DNA of 64,000 nucleotides from a virus: IMG/VR virus record IMGVR_UViG_3300045988_102159, positions 78,631 to 142,630 of that record; one strand, 5' to 3'. Shown piece by piece: positions 10,112 to 20,748 of this stretch (position 1 is its first letter; each line of letters starts with the position of its first letter). The notes under the pieces were generated by a model. It saw only the letters and a program-made list of their open reading frames with translations, ran no database searches and was not told where the DNA came from. The position numbers and the translations under genes were made by a program.

Positions 10112-10723
10112 TTATAAATCTTGCGGCGCAGGCTTAGTATTATCAATATTCTCTGAATCGTCCGCTTCACTATGGGAGGAAGAATAGCGTAACATCACGC
10201 CACCTAAATATTCATTCAAGACTAGCTGTTGCGCACCTAGGAATTGTAGCTTGCCAATACCAGATAGACGAGTATCATTCATAATGCCGTCAACATATCC
10301 AGCAATCATCCAAGGACGTAACTGATAATCATCTAGTTCCCAATAGTCAAGTTGTGAGATAATTGTAAAGCTAATAACGCAATTGCGATAGCGAGGATTC
10401 TCAGAAGGAGAAAAATCATCAAAGTCTAACATGATATAAGATTTAACCTCTTCATGCTCCCCAAAAGAGAGTTTAGGAGTAGCCTTAATATATTGATTAT
10501 CATGTAGGTCTTTAATAGTATATTGTTCAATCTTACGCTGATATTGGTCTTGCGTTTTGTCAAGACAATCAGGCGTATTGATAATAAGTAATTTTTTTAG
10601 CATATCGCTATAAGGTCTACTTTCAACAAAGAGTTTGCGCCAAATGGTTTCTTGGTCTTCTGCGTGTGAAAGAAAAGTAGACTTATAATTAGTTCGTAAG
10701 ATATTAGAAGCAACGTGTTTCAT
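10112..10723 (-). CDS. hypothetical structural protein
   Basis: 203-aa ORF packed in the late operon. Confidence 0.65.
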   Translation of the reverse strand: MKHVASNILRTNYKSTFLSHAEDQETIWRKLFVESRPYSDMLKKLLIINTPDCLDKTQDQYQRKIEQYTIKDLHDNQYIKATPKLSFGEHEEVKSYIMLDFDDFSPSENPRYRNCVISFTIISQLDYWELDDYQLRPWMIAGYVDGIMNDTRLSGIGKLQFLGAQQLVLNEYLGGVMLRYSSSHSEADDSENIDNTKPAPQDL

Positions 10724-10737
10724 GTAACCTCCAATCC

Positions 10738-11874
10738 TTATAACGATTTAATCTTAACTGGTAAATCTGTTTCAACATCACCATATGCCGCATGAATAAC
10801 AAATTTACCTTTCTTGCCAGATACAATCTCTACTTTGCAAGAATCATTATTGAAATCTATAATCTTAGCCATAGATTCATCATCAATAGAGAATGAAACT
10901 CTTTCACCTTCTGGAAGTTTCTTAATCCAATAGGTATGAATATCATATGGATAAACTTCTTGAGGCCCTTGGATTAACGGTTTCTGCCATTCGATAATTA
11001 CAGTCTGGAAGAAATCTCCATAGCAAATATCAAAAGTTTTGATTGCACCTGCATATACTTTAACCTTACACATGCGGCCATTCTCATATTCATCAAGTAT
11101 TTTTACTCTTGGATTATTCTTAACTTCCCAATGAATCTTGGGGTCATATGCTTCATTAGAAATAGCATATCCAACAATAGTATCTTGCTTAGCAGTTGTC
11201 GCACCGCTAATAACATTGATAGGTGTAGTTTCGTCTTTGAGAATACTGGGCAGCTCTGCGATGCTGTTATCATAATACTCTTGGATTTCAAGCTCTAAAA
11301 TACCCGGTACTGTAATCGAATCTGTAACTTGTACTTCCCATGTATGTCCCGCAAGTTTAATATGGGTAAAACGATGAAAAAAGTTTCTAGTATTTTCATC
11401 ATTCTTAATATAGATGCGGCTAGACAAGTTAAGTTCATTGACATTAATGTTATTCTTAATGAACCATCGGAGGTCTGTTTCTACGGGTCCACGCATATAC
11501 ACCCAGTATTCTTTACCGTTTACATCAAGTGTATAATCACAGCGAATAATCTCAGACCGCAGATAAGCCGTCTCTGTAATCACTGGCAGATAGACCATCC
11601 AATGAGTTCCACTGTCTAATAGCTCAAAAGTTTCACCAGCTTTTAAACCGCTCTTGAAATCTACAGAGATATACTTTTTATCGTAATCAGATTTTAAGCC
11701 TCCTGACATGGAATTAATAAGACAAGGCCAAGACTGATTATTGAATTTAATCATTCTTTTATTATAGTCATTTTTTAAAGCCGCTTGAAAAGACCTATAC
11801 TTAGACTGATTAATTCTTCCCATGTTATCGCCGCCAAGATAATTAAGACGAGCACCTAGTGTCTGCATACTCAT
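10738..11874 (-). CDS. hypothetical structural protein (378 aa)
   Basis: Long ORF. Its start overlaps the upstream stop (ATGA). Confidence 0.7.
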   Translation of the reverse strand: MSMQTLGARLNYLGGDNMGRINQSKYRSFQAALKNDYNKRMIKFNNQSWPCLINSMSGGLKSDYDKKYISVDFKSGLKAGETFELLDSGTHWMVYLPVITETAYLRSEIIRCDYTLDVNGKEYWVYMRGPVETDLRWFIKNNINVNELNLSSRIYIKNDENTRNFFHRFTHIKLAGHTWEVQVTDSITVPGILELEIQEYYDNSIAELPSILKDETTPINVISGATTAKQDTIVGYAISNEAYDPKIHWEVKNNPRVKILDEYENGRMCKVKVYAGAIKTFDICYGDFFQTVIIEWQKPLIQGPQEVYPYDIHTYWIKKLPEGERVSFSIDDESMAKIIDFNNDSCKVEIVSGKKGKFVIHAAYGDVETDLPVKIKSL

Positions 11875-12191
11875 AGGCTCTCCCTAATATCGTTGGAAAT
11901 ATTACATGCTTCAAAAATCATGCGGCGAAAAAGCATAAATTCAATATCTTTTCCTTGTTCTTTAATGCCTTGCAGCTTATATACGAGTTGATAAAGTTTT
12001 GGCACATTAGGAGTTACAAGAGCCATGCCTGTAATCTCTATAACTAGAGTATCTAATGGCTTAATCCAATCTTTACCACTCTCAAATGTAGGTAGAAGTT
12101 TAAAAATTTGATTTGTTATGCGCTCTAAACTATCCTTTACATTTTCTACCTGATAGTTTAAAATCCTATCATCTATTACTATTAATGCCAT
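11871..12191 (-). CDS. hypothetical head-tail joining region protein
   Basis: 106-aa ORF, translationally coupled to its neighbours. Confidence 0.6.
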   Translation of the reverse strand: MALIVIDDRILNYQVENVKDSLERITNQIFKLLPTFESGKDWIKPLDTLVIEITGMALVTPNVPKLYQLVYKLQGIKEQGKDIEFMLFRRMIFEACNISNDIRESL

Positions 12192-12192
12192 T

Positions 12193-12702
12193 TTACTTCA
12201 CTGGTTCCATAATCATGCCAAAAGAAGAACGAACATTGCCTTTCTTATCAACATATCTACGGCAATAAAGCCGCTGAGCGTGAAAGGCTTTCTGTTCATA
12301 CTCCTGCTTCATTGTAATAAGTGAGCGCATATGATTGGCCTGAGAAGTGAATGCAAAATCAGAACTTGAATATTTCTGACGAATAAGGTCAACAGTGGCA
12401 AGCTGATAACTAATCCATTCGGCAATCATATAGTAACGAATGATAATCTTTTCCTCTACAGTAAGGCATGTAGAGAAACATTTATTTTCATAGTCTAAAG
12501 TAAATGGGTGCGCCCAATGCGGAAACTCAAATTTAGGAACTGCCGCAATCAGAATTTCCTCAAGCAGCTTTTCAGTATCCTCTTTTGTAAGTTCCATAAA
12601 CATATCATCGGTAACGCCCGCTAGGAAAAACTCATACATCTCCTGAAAAGAAGTTGGAGGTATGACTTCCATATCTTTATCAATATCTGTATCTTGTGGC
12701 AT
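12193..12702 (-). CDS. hypothetical head-tail joining region protein
   Basis: 169-aa ORF in the late operon. Confidence 0.6.
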   Translation of the reverse strand: MPQDTDIDKDMEVIPPTSFQEMYEFFLAGVTDDMFMELTKEDTEKLLEEILIAAVPKFEFPHWAHPFTLDYENKCFSTCLTVEEKIIIRYYMIAEWISYQLATVDLIRQKYSSSDFAFTSQANHMRSLITMKQEYEQKAFHAQRLYCRRYVDKKGNVRSSFGMIMEPVK

Positions 12703-12728
12703 TGGGCAAACCTCCTACTTATTTCATA

Positions 12729-13298
12729 TTACTCGGTAGTTGCTTTGACACGGCGCTTGCGTGGCTCGGCAGCTTTCTGAACTCGGCGCTGACGTGGTTT
12801 ATCAGCAACATTGGTATCGCTATTATCATAAGCATGTTTATTCTTAATAGCGGCATCAATATCGACACCTGTCTTTTCCGCAATAGCTTTAATTTTAGCA
12901 CGGTCATTGATTTCAAGTTCAATAGCCTTATCTTTAAGAGTCTCTACAATACCTTGCGGCGCAAAATCAAGAGCGTCCAAGAGTACATCAATCTCATCTT
13001 CAAGCAAACACTTCTTTACGTCTGCTTCTGTCCAATTATATTCAATGGCATCACAAGGGACGCCAAATTCTGCGGCAAGTGACTTATTTCCTACATTGAT
13101 ATAGTTCTGTAGAAGAATAGAGCCACCGGGCTGGAAAAATAATTCACGTAGCTCACCTGCGGAAACACGCATAGTAACGCCCGGAATAAGACGGCGTGCG
13201 CGACCAGAAGACGAAAGAATATAACCAGTCTCGCAGTTTACAATATTGCGGATAGGAACTAGTGTATCATCGCTAATTAGTTCAACTTCATTACTCAT
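12729..13298 (-). CDS. hypothetical protein with basic C-terminal tail
   Basis: Start trimmed to ATG 13298 (MSNEVEL), which has an AAAAGGAGAA RBS. The C-terminus reads KPRQRRVQKAAEPRKRRVK. Confidence 0.6.
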   Translation of the reverse strand: MSNEVELISDDTLVPIRNIVNCETGYILSSSGRARRLIPGVTMRVSAGELRELFFQPGGSILLQNYINVGNKSLAAEFGVPCDAIEYNWTEADVKKCLLEDEIDVLLDALDFAPQGIVETLKDKAIELEINDRAKIKAIAEKTGVDIDAAIKNKHAYDNSDTNVADKPRQRRVQKAAEPRKRRVKATTE

Positions 13299-13362
13299 AT
13301 TATATTTTCTCCTTTTAAATCTAAAAAAAGAAGGGACGCAGAGCGCCCCTTCCAATAATTTA

Positions 13363-14265
13363 TTATTTGAAATTAACAACGGGGTCGTTAACTCCATCAG
13401 CAAGGATTCCCTGAGTGTCGGCATATACATAATATACCTTATCCATTCCTTCACCTTTCTCCATGAGCTTCTTAGAGCCACGAACAAGGTTGTCGAAATT
13501 GATTGTAAACTTAGAGAAATCTTGCTTGCTGCCAGCCTTAGAATAATCCTGTAGCAGCATAAAAGCAGTATAACCATCAGCATTTGGCGTATCACTATTG
13601 AATGAATACGTGGTATCCTTAAAATTAAAGATAGCAGAGACATTCTTAGGATTGCTTAGACGAATTGGGTTATTACTTACGTCAATATCTTCAAATACGT
13701 TACCCACAAAGTTTACGGTAGCACCTTCGGCAAGATTATAAAGGCTTACGCCGTTATTCTTTAGCTTACCCTTGAACGTATTATTCTTAAAGGTGACATC
13801 CGCAATATCACGTGCATTGCTGATGCTAAACTCAACCATATTGTAAATATTCTTATCGCCAGCATCGAATACGTTGTTCTCAAATACAATCTTGCCAGAA
13901 GTCATGACAGATAGTGCGGTGTGGGTAGTACCTGAAATTTCACTATTCTTTAGCGTGAAAGGCTTCGTACCGTTAACCTTGACGGCAAGTGTCTTGTCAT
14001 TAGCATCTGCGCCAGTAGCTACAAGTTTAACATTATCAAATGTAACTGCTGCATCTGAAACCACTACTGGTTTTTCAAAGGTTACACCATTACCCTTAAC
14101 AGTAATATCATTATTAAAAGTTACAGGCTCTTCGATTGCAGCGGTTCCCGCAGGGACAAACAGTGTGCCACCAGCGGGAACATTTGCGATTGCTTCTGAG
14201 ATAGTATCATAATCGCCAGCATTTACCTCGTCTTTCCCAGGTGTGGGAGGTTCTGGGTCAGGCAT
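13363..14265 (-). CDS. beta-helix-repeat-like virion protein
   Basis: 300-aa ORF with reiterated V-x-F-x-N-(V/N) segments (VTFDNVKL, VTFKNNTF, VNFVGNVF), next to the capsid gene. Confidence 0.5.
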   Translation of the reverse strand: MPDPEPPTPGKDEVNAGDYDTISEAIANVPAGGTLFVPAGTAAIEEPVTFNNDITVKGNGVTFEKPVVVSDAAVTFDNVKLVATGADANDKTLAVKVNGTKPFTLKNSEISGTTHTALSVMTSGKIVFENNVFDAGDKNIYNMVEFSISNARDIADVTFKNNTFKGKLKNNGVSLYNLAEGATVNFVGNVFEDIDVSNNPIRLSNPKNVSAIFNFKDTTYSFNSDTPNADGYTAFMLLQDYSKAGSKQDFSKFTINFDNLVRGSKKLMEKGEGMDKVYYVYADTQGILADGVNDPVVNFK

Positions 14266-14276
14266 TGGAGTTGGGT

Positions 14277-15323
14277 TTAGCGAGTTGCTTTTTTTAGTGC
14301 TGTGTTCTGATAAGAGCAGATAGAAGGATTAGAGAATACAGCGACACCAAACTTCTTGTAAGTTTGGAGGTCGGTTGACCAATCGTCATTATCAGAAACT
14401 GTACGAACGGCAGTCTGACCCTCGAAGACAATCTTGACAGGCTTTTCGCCAACAGAAGCAAAGATGTAAGCCTGAGAGGGGTCAACAACCTTTTCGGCAT
14501 TAGTTTCATCAACCATAGATTGCTGGAGGATGATTACAGGGTGACCCTTATAATCCGCGAAGAAGCCCTTGCGGAAAAGCTCTTCTTTCATGGAATCAGA
14601 AGCCCAGTCAGCAGAAGCAGGCTTCATAGTAGAAGCAAACTCACGAGTGCAGTAGATGGTAGAAGTACCATTGCCGTAGGCGTCGGAAATAGCAAGCAGT
14701 TCGTCCATCTTAGTCTCGTCAAAGCCAGCGCCGACATACTTGTTAGCAGTAGGTAGCTGTTCGACAGTCTGTGTAAGAGCCTTTAGAATTTCAGCATAGA
14801 TGTATTCATCGACACCTTCAAGCATGATATTAGTGAAGTCAGCGAATGAATAACGACCATCAAGGAATTCCTCAAAGCCAATGCGGATAGCATAGCCAAT
14901 AGCGCTAGTAGCAACTTCGAGTTCCTTACCATCAAGCATCATTGTCTCATAACGACCAGCAAGGCCGACACGAGTTACGAAAGCCTTGGCACGCTTACGA
15001 GCAGCTTCAGTAATGCGGAGCTTGAAGACGGCCTTATCGCCCTGAGCGATTGTCTGAACGTCAGCGAACTGTTCAAATTGCTGCATAACCTTGACGGGAA
15101 GAATCTCGTCAATGGTATTCTCAATTAGTTCGTAGACAGCGACCTCGTTGCGACGGAAGAGACGATAATCGCCAGCAAGTAGATTGAACTGTTCACGAAG
15201 AGTACGGTTAACGGTATCAACGTCAAATGATTCCTCGTTGCCATTTACTGAAAAAGTAAGGGGAGCATTCTTGGTAGCGGCACGAGCGAGCTTTTTAAGT
15301 TCGTCAAATTTCATTAGTTCCAT
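14277..15323 (-). CDS. putative major capsid protein
   Basis: 348 aa with a strong RBS. Its position after a scaffold-like gene and its size fit an HK97-fold MCP. Confidence 0.55.
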   Translation of the reverse strand: MELMKFDELKKLARAATKNAPLTFSVNGNEESFDVDTVNRTLREQFNLLAGDYRLFRRNEVAVYELIENTIDEILPVKVMQQFEQFADVQTIAQGDKAVFKLRITEAARKRAKAFVTRVGLAGRYETMMLDGKELEVATSAIGYAIRIGFEEFLDGRYSFADFTNIMLEGVDEYIYAEILKALTQTVEQLPTANKYVGAGFDETKMDELLAISDAYGNGTSTIYCTREFASTMKPASADWASDSMKEELFRKGFFADYKGHPVIILQQSMVDETNAEKVVDPSQAYIFASVGEKPVKIVFEGQTAVRTVSDNDDWSTDLQTYKKFGVAVFSNPSICSYQNTALKKATR

Positions 15324-15342
15324 TATCTATCTTACTCCTTTC

Positions 15343-15867
15343 TTATTCAGCGATGACTTGTAGTTTAAGGCCGGGCTGACCATCAGGCATGGTGGTGAGC
15401 TTAGCAACCTTGACGGCTAGACCTTCGCCCTTAGCGCCTTTCTCAAGAACACCATTAGTGCCGGGGACGAGAACGTCACCTAGGTCATAATCGTCAGCCT
15501 TGACGTTATTTGTGGTGAAAATATCACCAGCATACATGCGGAAAACACGAGGTGTCATAACGCCGTCATAGAAGTCAGACTTCTTCATGGCGTAGTCACG
15601 GTGCATCTGCTTACGCTCGTCATAGAGCTTTTCTTCATTGAAGACCATCATCCAAGGGCCTTCACCAGTGAAGTTAATTTTGCCAGCAGCATAATCGTAC
15701 TTAACGAAAGTGCCCTGTTCAAGCATTGTAATAGAATCATCAGCGGGGAGCTGACCATAAACGCCACCACTGCGGGGAGCAGAGAGGTGGTTAGGCTCGA
15801 CAACTGAATAATTGTCGTGGCCTGTAAGCTGAACCTTAGTGTCAGCGCGGTCTACATGTAGAGCCAT
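15343..15867 (-). CDS. hypothetical head protein (decoration/cement position)
   Basis: 174-aa ORF between the scaffold-like and capsid genes. Confidence 0.45.
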   Translation of the reverse strand: MALHVDRADTKVQLTGHDNYSVVEPNHLSAPRSGGVYGQLPADDSITMLEQGTFVKYDYAAGKINFTGEGPWMMVFNEEKLYDERKQMHRDYAMKKSDFYDGVMTPRVFRMYAGDIFTTNNVKADDYDLGDVLVPGTNGVLEKGAKGEGLAVKVAKLTTMPDGQPGLKLQVIAE

Positions 15868-15880
15868 TTAATCCTCCTAT

Positions 15881-17224
15881 TTAATAGTTTTGTGCTTCGC
15901 GGAGAGCAGATAGCATTGGGTCAGCATCTTCCGCAATAGTTTCATCGTCTAAAGAGAATGTCGTAAGAGGTGTAGAATCTACCTCTTCCTCTTCATCAAA
16001 GTTAACATTCTTCTGAACGTATAGTAAAGCGAGCTTGCTTTCAATCTCGCCAAGAGTGAATTTATCTTTATCAGCGATAATTTCCGCTTTGTCTTCGTCA
16101 GAGAGCATATGATATTTAGCAATCATAGCATCCTTGTCGGCATCAATGCGCTCTGCCTTAAACTTACGAAGCTCTTCTGCTTCTGCTTCGAGAGCCGTAA
16201 ACTTATCTGTAAGCTCTTTTAGCTGTTCAGAAAGTTCAGAAACCTGATTCTCAAGCTCATGCTTTTTCTCTGGCTTCTTTTCATCTTCCTTATCATCAGA
16301 ATCATTAGAATCGTCATCTGATTCATCTTCATTATCTTCGGAATCAGAGTCTTCTTTATCTTCTTTCTTCTCTTCTTCCTTAGCAAAAGTTTCTTCGGCG
16401 GAGTCTTCGCTAGATTCAACGTCTTCATTTGTCTCAACGTTTTCAGCAAACTCTTCTGCCGCAGGAGTTTCTTCCTCAGCTGTGGCAGTAGGCTCTACCT
16501 CAACGCTTTCAACGTTTTCTTTCGGCATAGACCCTCCTTTTGTCAACGCACTTTTTAATTCATTCATCATAGCAAATAAAGTATGCGAAAATTCTTTATT
16601 ATAAGAGAAATGTTCGCTTACTTCTGGGCTAGTGACAGATGCGCCCTCAAAACAAGGTTCTACATCATCGCCCAAGATACAAAGTTTTGTAAAGATTGCA
16701 TCATTTATAATAAAAAACTCAATATCGTTGCTATCGGTAGTCCAATGTCCGTCAACGTCATCAATTTCCATTGACTGTCCTTGGCCTTGGTTGATACATT
16801 TATCCAATTCAGGATACTGCCCAGTCCATAGATAACCAGTAGTCATCATGTATTCACGTGTAGTGGTTTCACCGAATTCATTTGTATCATCGAATTTCTG
16901 AAACCATACTTCTGCATCTGGAGCAACGAAACCGTAAGGAACGGTCTTGCAAGAGAATTTTACTTCCCCATCTTCAATGTGAAGAACTTCACCGTGGTCA
17001 CCAAAGTCTTCTTTGTTCTCATTATAGGCAGCTACAATTGGCGTAGCAGGTAATGAGTTCGCCATCTGGATGGCCGTGTTCTTATCAATGAAAGAACCGT
17101 TGCGGTTCTTACCAAGATACATGACCTTAATCTCACATTTAGAAATACCGGGGTTGATAGCATCTGGTGCTAGATTAATGAATTCTGGACTATCAATTGT
17201 AGCCACAGACCTATTTCTTAGCAT
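15881..17224 (-). CDS. scaffold-like protein (acidic, coiled-coil C-terminal half)
   Basis: 447 aa with a long E/D/K low-complexity and heptad-like region, directly downstream of portal. Confidence 0.5.
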   Translation of the reverse strand: MLRNRSVATIDSPEFINLAPDAINPGISKCEIKVMYLGKNRNGSFIDKNTAIQMANSLPATPIVAAYNENKEDFGDHGEVLHIEDGEVKFSCKTVPYGFVAPDAEVWFQKFDDTNEFGETTTREYMMTTGYLWTGQYPELDKCINQGQGQSMEIDDVDGHWTTDSNDIEFFIINDAIFTKLCILGDDVEPCFEGASVTSPEVSEHFSYNKEFSHTLFAMMNELKSALTKGGSMPKENVESVEVEPTATAEEETPAAEEFAENVETNEDVESSEDSAEETFAKEEEKKEDKEDSDSEDNEDESDDDSNDSDDKEDEKKPEKKHELENQVSELSEQLKELTDKFTALEAEAEELRKFKAERIDADKDAMIAKYHMLSDEDKAEIIADKDKFTLGEIESKLALLYVQKNVNFDEEEEVDSTPLTTFSLDDETIAEDADPMLSALREAQNY

Positions 17225-17230
17225 TTAATT

Positions 17231-18832
17231 CTATCCTTCCGCTTCTATATTAGCGATTGTTTTATCAGACTTCTCGGAATCTGGCTTCTCAGGGCGACCA
17301 CCCTTATTGCCCGAAGATGGAGTCTGCTGTTGTTTTGTCTTCGCGGTAGTATCTCCATTGCCGCCATTGCTCATAGTAGAAGATAGAGCTGGAGCAACGA
17401 AAACCTCATTCAAAGACATAATATCATTCTCAAAATATGCGGTCATAAGTACCGCACTTTGAGATTGACCAAGAGCAACTTGCGGCAATAGCTTGGAGAA
17501 TCCAAGAGAAGTCATATCTTTATACTGCTTAGATAGGTCTTTATAATTATAAACGGTCGTAGGCAGAATATCGACATGATAATAAAGTCGCTTACTGTTC
17601 TTGTTAAATGGTGCCAACAGACGTTCCGCAAATGTCTGAAATTGTAAAATAAGGTCAGACATAGTAGCTTCATCATTTGCAATAGATTTCTCCAATGCAA
17701 GATTACCATCCGCATTAAAAAGGTTTTGTCCAGTACCAGCTTCGTTGTACACAGAACGTTCAACCTTATTGAGCTGGTCAACAGAAGAGACATTACCTTT
17801 GTCAGAAAGGTCTGCCACATCAACATCCGCGAACGTTGTCAACACGTCAACTCCAACAGCGTCACCAAGCATGGCAACCGCATTAGTGTGGAGCTGTTGC
17901 GCTTCTTGGACATCAAAGATTAAATCGCCGTTCTTATCAATTGGCATCTTTTGGATAATAATCTTTAAAATCTGTTGAAGCATCTTTTTCTTATCTAAAT
18001 CCTGCGCGTCTTCCAAATCCAACAGCTTAGGAATAATACTCATGAACAGTGGCGCGTCACCGCCCGTGATATTAAATTTCACTGTTGTCGATGGGTCAAG
18101 TAAAAACCAGCCGTTGGTATCGCCAGCATAGTCAATGGGTAACCTCCCATCCTTATAAGCAAGGTAAGCCTTCTGGACTTCCTTCGGCCACAGTTTTAGA
18201 ACTCTTAAACGATACGCAGTATCGGAAAAAGCATCATCGAAATATTTCATATTAAATTCAACCGCAGGATTACCGTTAAGTTGATAACGGCTGCGGCAAT
18301 AGGAAATAGGTAATTCTTGAATAAAACAAGCGTCCTTTTGCGGCACAATCACGCCATAATAGGCACCTGTGCGCACAACTTTTAACGCAATCTCGCCAAA
18401 CACTTTTTTGAGATTGCAATTTTCAAGATAGCGTGTTGATTTATACCAACCTTCAACTACCTTTTTAGATTTACCATCTTGTTTTAATTTTTCATCATAT
18501 ATCATTGGCGTAATAAACCAATCATATTTGAATAGGAAAGCCATATAACGACACAGGCGGCTATAGATACCGCTTGTTTTGAAGAAATAATTAGAAATCT
18601 TACGCTGTTCATTCATATTATTCTGCTCAAGAGCCTTTAGTACATCTTCTTTAGTGTACTTCTTGCGGCGAGAATATTTGTCTGTAATAACTTGACCAAT
18701 ATCAAGAACAACGTCATTGGAGAGAGTTTTGTTCCCTACCTTAATTTTATTAAATGCTAAAGAACCAGATTGAGTATTACCATTTGCAATGATGCGGCAA
18801 TCTCGCTCATTTTTATTTTTAACGGTAGCCAA
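17231..18832 (-). CDS. putative portal protein
   Basis: 533 aa with a TTG start after a GGAGGTGA RBS. Gene order is terminase-(nuclease)-portal-scaffold-capsid. Confidence 0.6.
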   Translation of the reverse strand: MATVKNKNERDCRIIANGNTQSGSLAFNKIKVGNKTLSNDVVLDIGQVITDKYSRRKKYTKEDVLKALEQNNMNEQRKISNYFFKTSGIYSRLCRYMAFLFKYDWFITPMIYDEKLKQDGKSKKVVEGWYKSTRYLENCNLKKVFGEIALKVVRTGAYYGVIVPQKDACFIQELPISYCRSRYQLNGNPAVEFNMKYFDDAFSDTAYRLRVLKLWPKEVQKAYLAYKDGRLPIDYAGDTNGWFLLDPSTTVKFNITGGDAPLFMSIIPKLLDLEDAQDLDKKKMLQQILKIIIQKMPIDKNGDLIFDVQEAQQLHTNAVAMLGDAVGVDVLTTFADVDVADLSDKGNVSSVDQLNKVERSVYNEAGTGQNLFNADGNLALEKSIANDEATMSDLILQFQTFAERLLAPFNKNSKRLYYHVDILPTTVYNYKDLSKQYKDMTSLGFSKLLPQVALGQSQSAVLMTAYFENDIMSLNEVFVAPALSSTMSNGGNGDTTAKTKQQQTPSSGNKGGRPEKPDSEKSDKTIANIEAEG

Positions 18833-18842
18833 AGCTCACCTC

Positions 18843-19199
18843 CTAATATCCTGCTGCTTTCATGATATAATCATAGCTTAATCTTCCTTCATCATAATAA
18901 GGAATAGTGACTAATTTCAGATTATGTTCCAAGCAAAATTTTCTTTTTAACGTATCGTTATATTTTTGATATTTGAGGGCACGAGCACCACCATAACGAC
19001 TGACAGGTACATAATGCTGTTCGCCTTGTGCTTCTATTAAAAAATCAATATTGCCGCAATCGTCAAAAATACAAAAATCAAATCTAAGATTTCTGCCAGA
19101 CTTACCGACAAGTCCCTCAAATTCATACTCTTCCTCAAAAGGTAAACCTGCGTCTTTCAATATGTTATATATTTTTATTTCTAATAAAGAATCACGCAT
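18843..19199 (-). CDS. PD-(D/E)XK-like small nuclease (DUF559/Vsr-like pattern)
   Basis: The FDFCIF...IEAQGEQH pattern resembles a D...E-x-K/Q nuclease core. 118 aa. Confidence 0.4.
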   Translation of the reverse strand: MRDSLLEIKIYNILKDAGLPFEEEYEFEGLVGKSGRNLRFDFCIFDDCGNIDFLIEAQGEQHYVPVSRYGGARALKYQKYNDTLKRKFCLEHNLKLVTIPYYDEGRLSYDYIMKAAGY

Positions 19200-19326
19200 A
19201 ATTTGTCCTTTCGGAATTTCTTACTATACCATATAAAATTACACTCTATAAAATAATACAGTTTTGCCCAACTTTTATAAAAATTTTTACATAAAAATAG
19301 GGTACGACCGCATGGGCCGCACCCTA

Positions 19327-20748
19327 CTAATGCTTCGTAAAGAACATGAATCCACTTAAATCTCTGGAATTGCGGCGATTTCGCCTATCCTCTTGGCGTT
19401 TACACCAATAGAGTCCATAGATTAGAGCAGACACTTTATCCTTTAGAATCTTTCTATTGGATTGTTTCAGAATGATATTTGCACCTTCATTATCTTGTAC
19501 GAGATTTGCCATCTGTGATTTCAAAATATCAGTGGCAACATATGGCCGCAAATAATCTTGACGCTGTAACGGAGTCATTTTCTTTCCTTGCGCTTGCTGC
19601 AATAGCTTATTCTTAGCAGTATTAGAGTCAATTAAGAACTTTAACTTGCCGTTGCGTAATTGTGTTTGTGTATAAGAATATAACTCTGTATTCATTGGAG
19701 CATTTGCTTTCATCATCCAAATTGCATTCTTGATTGTATTCTCATTCTCGAACGATTTATAGTTCTTGCGGTCTTGCTCGTTAGGAATATCGTCTAGATT
19801 GATAATACCCATGTTAGGAAGAAGCTCGTCTGTTTCTGGGTCGTTCTGGTCTGTAATTAAGTAATCAAGAAGTCCAATGCCTAATCCGTTCGCGTCTAAA
19901 ACGATGGCTTCGCACTTGAACGCATTAAAGAGCTGCTTAATCTTAATTGCTTGATATTCAAAGTGAGATTCAGATAAAGTGAAGATGTTCACTATCTTCT
20001 TATCGTTGACACCTGTTGTTCTTGCAGGAGAAGATTCAATGATTACAATTTCTGTAGGGCAGTTAAGACGGCCTACGTCTACGCCCATAACGTAAAATGT
20101 ATCTTTATTTTGTCCCTTGTCGTATCCATTCTTGGCGAGATTGATAATCCTGTGTTTGTCAAACTTATTCATATCGAAGAAAGCACCGTCTAAAGTTCCG
20201 CTCCAGACTGAGCCGTATTCCCGTTCAAAGCCAATCTCGTCCATCGAATTGCCTGTCTCTTGGGCTTGAATATAGTTCGCTGGTTGTAACCCTTCGACTA
20301 CAGGTACTCTCCAGTCGCCTCCTAGAATGAAAGCATCGTATCCATTGCTAGATACCATGCGACACAGCGCGTCAATTAGTTTGTCGTAAGCGTAAGTACC
20401 TTTGAATCCGGCGCTTGTGACGTAGATGTCGTTCTGGTTCAGTGTCTCGTCTGGGTCTACCTTACCATTGACTTTTCTAGAAATTACAAGCATAGGCGCA
20501 ATGATTTCTTCGTACTTTTGCTGGTCTGTAATGGTCGCTACCTCTTCTGTAAGTACTGCTTGAGCACGGAAACCACGAGAACCAGAAGTCATGCTTACGT
20601 TCTTTATCGTACTTCCGTTGCGGAAACTGTAAGTTACTTCGTCTTTCGATTGACTTGTCTTTGCCAAAGTTCCTCGTGTGTCCCAAACAATTTCTCTAGC
20701 GAGTCCGGGGATTAACTTACATATTTCCTGCATCTTTGATTGCAGAAT
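19327..20748 (-). CDS. terL: terminase large subunit, exon 2
   Basis: Reads ILQSKMQEICKLIPGL... through a nuclease-domain-sized C-terminus (...GVDVGR...LDANGLG...). Uses the frame of ORF 19327..20751. Confidence 0.7.
   Translation of the reverse strand: MLQSKMQEICKLIPGLAREIVWDTRGTLAKTSQSKDEVTYSFRNGSTIKNVSMTSGSRGFRAQAVLTEEVATITDQQKYEEIIAPMLVISRKVNGKVDPDETLNQNDIYVTSAGFKGTYAYDKLIDALCRMVSSNGYDAFILGGDWRVPVVEGLQPANYIQAQETGNSMDEIGFEREYGSVWSGTLDGAFFDMNKFDKHRIINLAKNGYDKGQNKDTFYVMGVDVGRLNCPTEIVIIESSPARTTGVNDKKIVNIFTLSESHFEYQAIKIKQLFNAFKCEAIVLDANGLGIGLLDYLITDQNDPETDELLPNMGIINLDDIPNEQDRKNYKSFENENTIKNAIWMMKANAPMNTELYSYTQTQLRNGKLKFLIDSNTAKNKLLQQAQGKKMTPLQRQDYLRPYVATDILKSQMANLVQDNEGANIILKQSNRKILKDKVSALIYGLYWCKRQEDRRNRRNSRDLSGFMFFTKH

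Noticed and set aside
12729-13643. The full 304-aa ORF-track version of this gene, and similar long N-terminal extensions. These include 20922..21419, 33890..34426, 40594..41316, 44394..44825, 45610..45933 and 55460..56302.
   Set aside because: The extensions overlap upstream genes or promoters and have implausible composition. A strong RBS-ATG exists internally, so starts were trimmed.
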